Source: Nitrosomonas sp.
GTDB lineage: Bacteria; Pseudomonadota; Gammaproteobacteria; Burkholderiales; Nitrosomonadaceae
Assembly: GCF_019635155.1 (NCBI RefSeq)
Contig: NZ_JAHBZY010000005.1
Coordinates: 24,023-88,022 of the forward strand
Length of the DNA stretch: 64,000 nucleotides
Direction of reading: 5' to 3'
The first letter of the stretch is position 1, and each line of letters begins with the position of its first letter. A program made the position numbers and the translations under genes. The notes below the pieces were generated by a model that was given only the letters and a program-made list of their open reading frames with translations, ran no database searches and was not told where the DNA came from. This document shows, one piece after another, positions 61,370-64,000 of this stretch.

Positions 61370-63278
61370 GCTGTAACCCCTGAGTCGTTTCAACTTCAGT
61401 TTCAATATATAAAGATCCGATTCGACCTGAGGTAAAATCGAGCGTGAGTGAAGGTACGCTAACCAGGAGCTCATAGCGCCCAGAATGAGGTAGCTTTGCG
61501 GATGCTTCATAAACACCAGCTTCGTGTTCATGTAAAGTTATTCGGGTTTGCCAGCCGGTTGTGCGATGAAAAACCAGTAGAACACCATCCGCAATGCCTG
61601 CAATGGTTTGTTGCCGGGCATCCCGTAACGCAATTCTGAAATTGCGTTGTGTTTTATCTGAAGAATCTGAGCTATCCAGTAAAACTGCAAGTACCGAGTA
61701 TTCGTGTTCCTCCGGTTTGGAATCCGGTACATTTACTACGATCGGTAAGCAGGCTGTAATTGAGGGTGAAAGGGTCTTCACTATGACTTCGTATGTACCA
61801 CTGGTCGAGAATTTAACCGGTGCAACGTATTCACCTGCTCCGCGCTCGGTTAATCCAGAGTCCATGATCATGACGGCGCGCGCCTTGCGGCGATAATTGC
61901 TAAAATTGCCTGAGGGCGCCATCAATCCTTCAGTATAGCGATAAAGCATACCGTCGGCTGCATTAGCTACGATGACGCCATTACCTTCTGGTACCGGTAC
62001 AATCATTGGCGCAACGCCAATATCTTCACTGGTAGCGTTGGGAGCTAACCGTCCCATTGGGACTTGCGCCACATTTAATCGTCCTTGTGCAGCTTCACGC
62101 AAATTGATTACTGAGACATTGTTTGAGCCTTGTCCGCGTACATAAGCATACCCGGGCGATAAAACAATTTGATCCGGTCCAGTAGTAATTTGCGCAGTTG
62201 CCTTTACAACACCCATTGCAAGATCAATCAATGTAATCGTGCTACTTTTACTATTTGTGACCAGTGCGTTACGTCCATTATTAAATAATGTCAGCGCTTG
62301 CCCTGCTTCTTCAAGTTGGATACGCGTTGTAATTTTTCCAGTCGAAGGATCGATTAAAAACAAATCATTGCTATTAGCTGTAATAACCGCTAATCGCTGT
62401 GCCAGGGTACTCCATGTTGCAGCAAGAGGAGTTCCGGGAACTTTGATTTCCTGTAAATGTTTTTTTGTAACCGCGTTGATGACGGACACCGTGTCAGCTT
62501 GGGGATTGATTGCAAACAACCATTGTTGATCATCTGATGTCGCTAAGATATGTAAACCCGCCCCTACAGGAATACGTTCGATTTTTGTTTGTGTTTCGCT
62601 TTGATTGGCAGTTAAATCGATTGCAGCAATTTGTGCGCGGCCATCCAACCCCACCCATAAAATCTGCCGTTCTTCATCCAACAGCATTCGAGTGGGATGA
62701 TCATCGGTATCAAAAGCAATGGTTTGAATCAGTTTTCGGCTTACTGTATCAATCACAGCAATAGTATTTTGATTGCGCAGTGTTACATAAATGCGCTGTA
62801 GTTTAGGTGAGTATGTCCAATCAAAACCTTCACCCGGTAATGAGACGATTGACTCGAGTTTGGCATTATTCAGAGATACAAACGGATTGATAAATGCTAC
62901 TGTCTGATCATGGTTTAAAGTAACGATCCGATAAGTATTGAGATCTATATCCGCACGCAGGCTCATGTTTCCTGACATCAATTGCTTAGCCTTGAATTCG
63001 CACGACAGCTCTCCGTTATCGTAGAGATTTCGTTTGGCAACGATCCATGATAAGGGTTTTATATCCCTATAGGCGCGGCCGCTAATTGAATCTTTCACTG
63101 TAATGGAAGCCAACCCTAATCCTGGCTGGTTTGGCTCAGCCGCATTTTGCAGAGAAAAATCAATTGTTATACCGCCTGCTTCAGTTTTTGCTTGTAGCGA
63201 CTCGATGGCAAACACAGTAGTTGCAGAATGCAAAACACATACAAGTACAGCGGTCAGAGTCGATTTCACTGAGCTCAT
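61353..63278 (-). CDS. Secreted YVTN-type beta-propeller protein flanked by FixH/YtkA-like Ig-fold domains
   Basis: A signal peptide. Repeated blades: YVTLRNQNTIAVIDTVSRKL, LFAINPQADTVSVINAVTKK, LAVITANSNDLFLIDPSTGK, ALVTNSKSSTITLIDLAMG, YAYVRGQGSNNVSVINL. Two C-terminal motifs, GEYVAPVKFSTSGTYEVIVK and GVYEASAKLPHSGRYELLVS. Confidence 0.7.
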   Translation of the reverse strand: MSSVKSTLTAVLVCVLHSATTVFAIESLQAKTEAGGITIDFSLQNAAEPNQPGLGLASITVKDSISGRAYRDIKPLSWIVAKRNLYDNGELSCEFKAKQLMSGNMSLRADIDLNTYRIVTLNHDQTVAFINPFVSLNNAKLESIVSLPGEGFDWTYSPKLQRIYVTLRNQNTIAVIDTVSRKLIQTIAFDTDDHPTRMLLDEERQILWVGLDGRAQIAAIDLTANQSETQTKIERIPVGAGLHILATSDDQQWLFAINPQADTVSVINAVTKKHLQEIKVPGTPLAATWSTLAQRLAVITANSNDLFLIDPSTGKITTRIQLEEAGQALTLFNNGRNALVTNSKSSTITLIDLAMGVVKATAQITTGPDQIVLSPGYAYVRGQGSNNVSVINLREAAQGRLNVAQVPMGRLAPNATSEDIGVAPMIVPVPEGNGVIVANAADGMLYRYTEGLMAPSGNFSNYRRKARAVMIMDSGLTERGAGEYVAPVKFSTSGTYEVIVKTLSPSITACLPIVVNVPDSKPEEHEYSVLAVLLDSSDSSDKTQRNFRIALRDARQQTIAGIADGVLLVFHRTTGWQTRITLHEHEAGVYEASAKLPHSGRYELLVSVPSLTLDFTSGRIGSLYIETEVETTQGLQHAQTD

Positions 63279-63856
63279 TGTGGGATATAACGAAGGGTGT
63301 TGATTGCTACGTGCGTTGCTGGATCAGATAAATAGGGTGCAGTTTCCGAATGTGTAAAATATGCATCAAAGGTTACCGTGTCAATCAGTTTTCCTGCAGG
63401 AGCTTGGCCACCTAAGAAAGGAGCTGTACCACGTACCTTATTGGAAATGCCACTCTTAATTAATCCTTTCTGACCTGAAAAATTCGCGCGCAGTTGTCCC
63501 CAGTATTCTTCCCCAATTTTTCTTGCATCAACAGAAATGTGCGCGCCTACCGCTAGAACAGCGGGTTTGAAAGTAAGAATAATTACTCTATGCTCGTTTC
63601 TTGTGGTTCGCAGCAATGGATCGCCATCAAAGAAATTATTATCAAGTAGAGTCCCGTTCCCACAATTATTTACCTGGATTTCATTATGATTTGTTATATC
63701 AACAGTAATTGTTTGATGATCATAAATGTAATTCATGCTAACAGTATCCAAAAGATCTCTACGATTAATTATAACGTTCGGATGTGCTGTCCAATTGACT
63801 GTGTTGGCTTGACTGAAGCCAGAAAACTCTAGTTGTGCCAATTCATCATTTGACAT
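63275..63856 (-). CDS. 193-aa protein of unknown family, no signal peptide
   Basis: A strong AAGGAG 7 nt upstream of the ATG at 63856. Its stop overlaps the next start as ATGA. Beta-rich sequence; no motif recognised. Confidence 0.6.
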   Translation of the reverse strand: MSNDELAQLEFSGFSQANTVNWTAHPNVIINRRDLLDTVSMNYIYDHQTITVDITNHNEIQVNNCGNGTLLDNNFFDGDPLLRTTRNEHRVIILTFKPAVLAVGAHISVDARKIGEEYWGQLRANFSGQKGLIKSGISNKVRGTAPFLGGQAPAGKLIDTVTFDAYFTHSETAPYLSDPATHVAINTLRYIPQ

Positions 63857-63867
63857 TTTGTATCTCC

Positions 63868-64000
63868 TTATTTATGTTCTTGTGCTGTTTTAGGTACAAC
63901 ACGCAGTAATCCCCAGATACCGCCATCAAACAAGAAACTGGCCTGGCTGCGATATAAATAATCCATGGGTATTTCTCTCTCACCACCCGCTTTAAACACC
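63868..64000 (-). CDS. 3' end of an upstream operon gene (C-terminal 43 codons only), unknown family
   Basis: An open frame reaches the window edge, reading ..VFKAGGEREIPMDYLYRSQASFLFDGGIWGLLRVVPKTAQEHK*. Its stop TAA (63868-63870) is embedded in the next gene's Shine-Dalgarno sequence. Confidence 0.45.
   Translation of the reverse strand, partial: VFKAGGEREIPMDYLYRSQASFLFDGGIWGLLRVVPKTAQEHK

Overview
This 64-kb window looks like a chromosomal segment of a Gram-negative, probably betaproteobacterial, genome. The lineage call is inference only. It rests on betaproteobacterial-style gene order (tig-clpP-clpX-lon, NUDIX-mnmA, divergent rluD/bamD), several PEP-CTERM proteins and a copper nitrite reductase, which together suggest a Nitrosomonadaceae-like organism. 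I cannot verify this without a database. I support about 60 protein-coding genes, 2 tRNAs (Ser-UGA, Leu-UAG), several intrinsic terminators, a sigma-32 promoter plus CIRCE operator upstream of groESL, a palindromic Fur box upstream of hemP, a 158-bp MITE-like palindromic element, and an internal fragment of an IS5-family transposase gene. No CRISPR array, rRNA or prophage was seen.

Most of the window is housekeeping:
- nirK, apt, mpl, gluQ, mnmA
- groESL, tig-clpP-clpX-lon
- greB, dinB, rluD/bamD, lpdA, proA, bfr

Accessory or unusual content, strongest first:
- **Six-gene periplasmic operon (57816 to beyond 64000, minus strand).** The genes are tightly translationally coupled. They encode three proteins I cannot assign, a YVTN beta-propeller, an SCO1 copper chaperone and a cytochrome c::periplasmic-binding-protein fusion. 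The operon abuts the IS5 scar and is my best candidate for an undescribed redox/copper system.
- **Short LOV blue-light photoreceptor** next to an NAD-dependent formate dehydrogenase.
- **Tat-exported group II PLP decarboxylase.**
- **Large orphan PP-loop (QueC-like) enzyme.**
- **Lipid-type module:** an EEP phosphatase, a CarS-like cytidylyltransferase and a CDP-alcohol phosphatidyltransferase.
- **PEP-CTERM cargo proteins,** including a trypsin-like protease and a HAF-repeat protein, plus a CAAX/CPBP protease.
- **RimK-related ligase / 7TM-transglutaminase-like / retropepsin-like protease cluster.**

All functional calls come from motif reading of the supplied translations. No searches were run.
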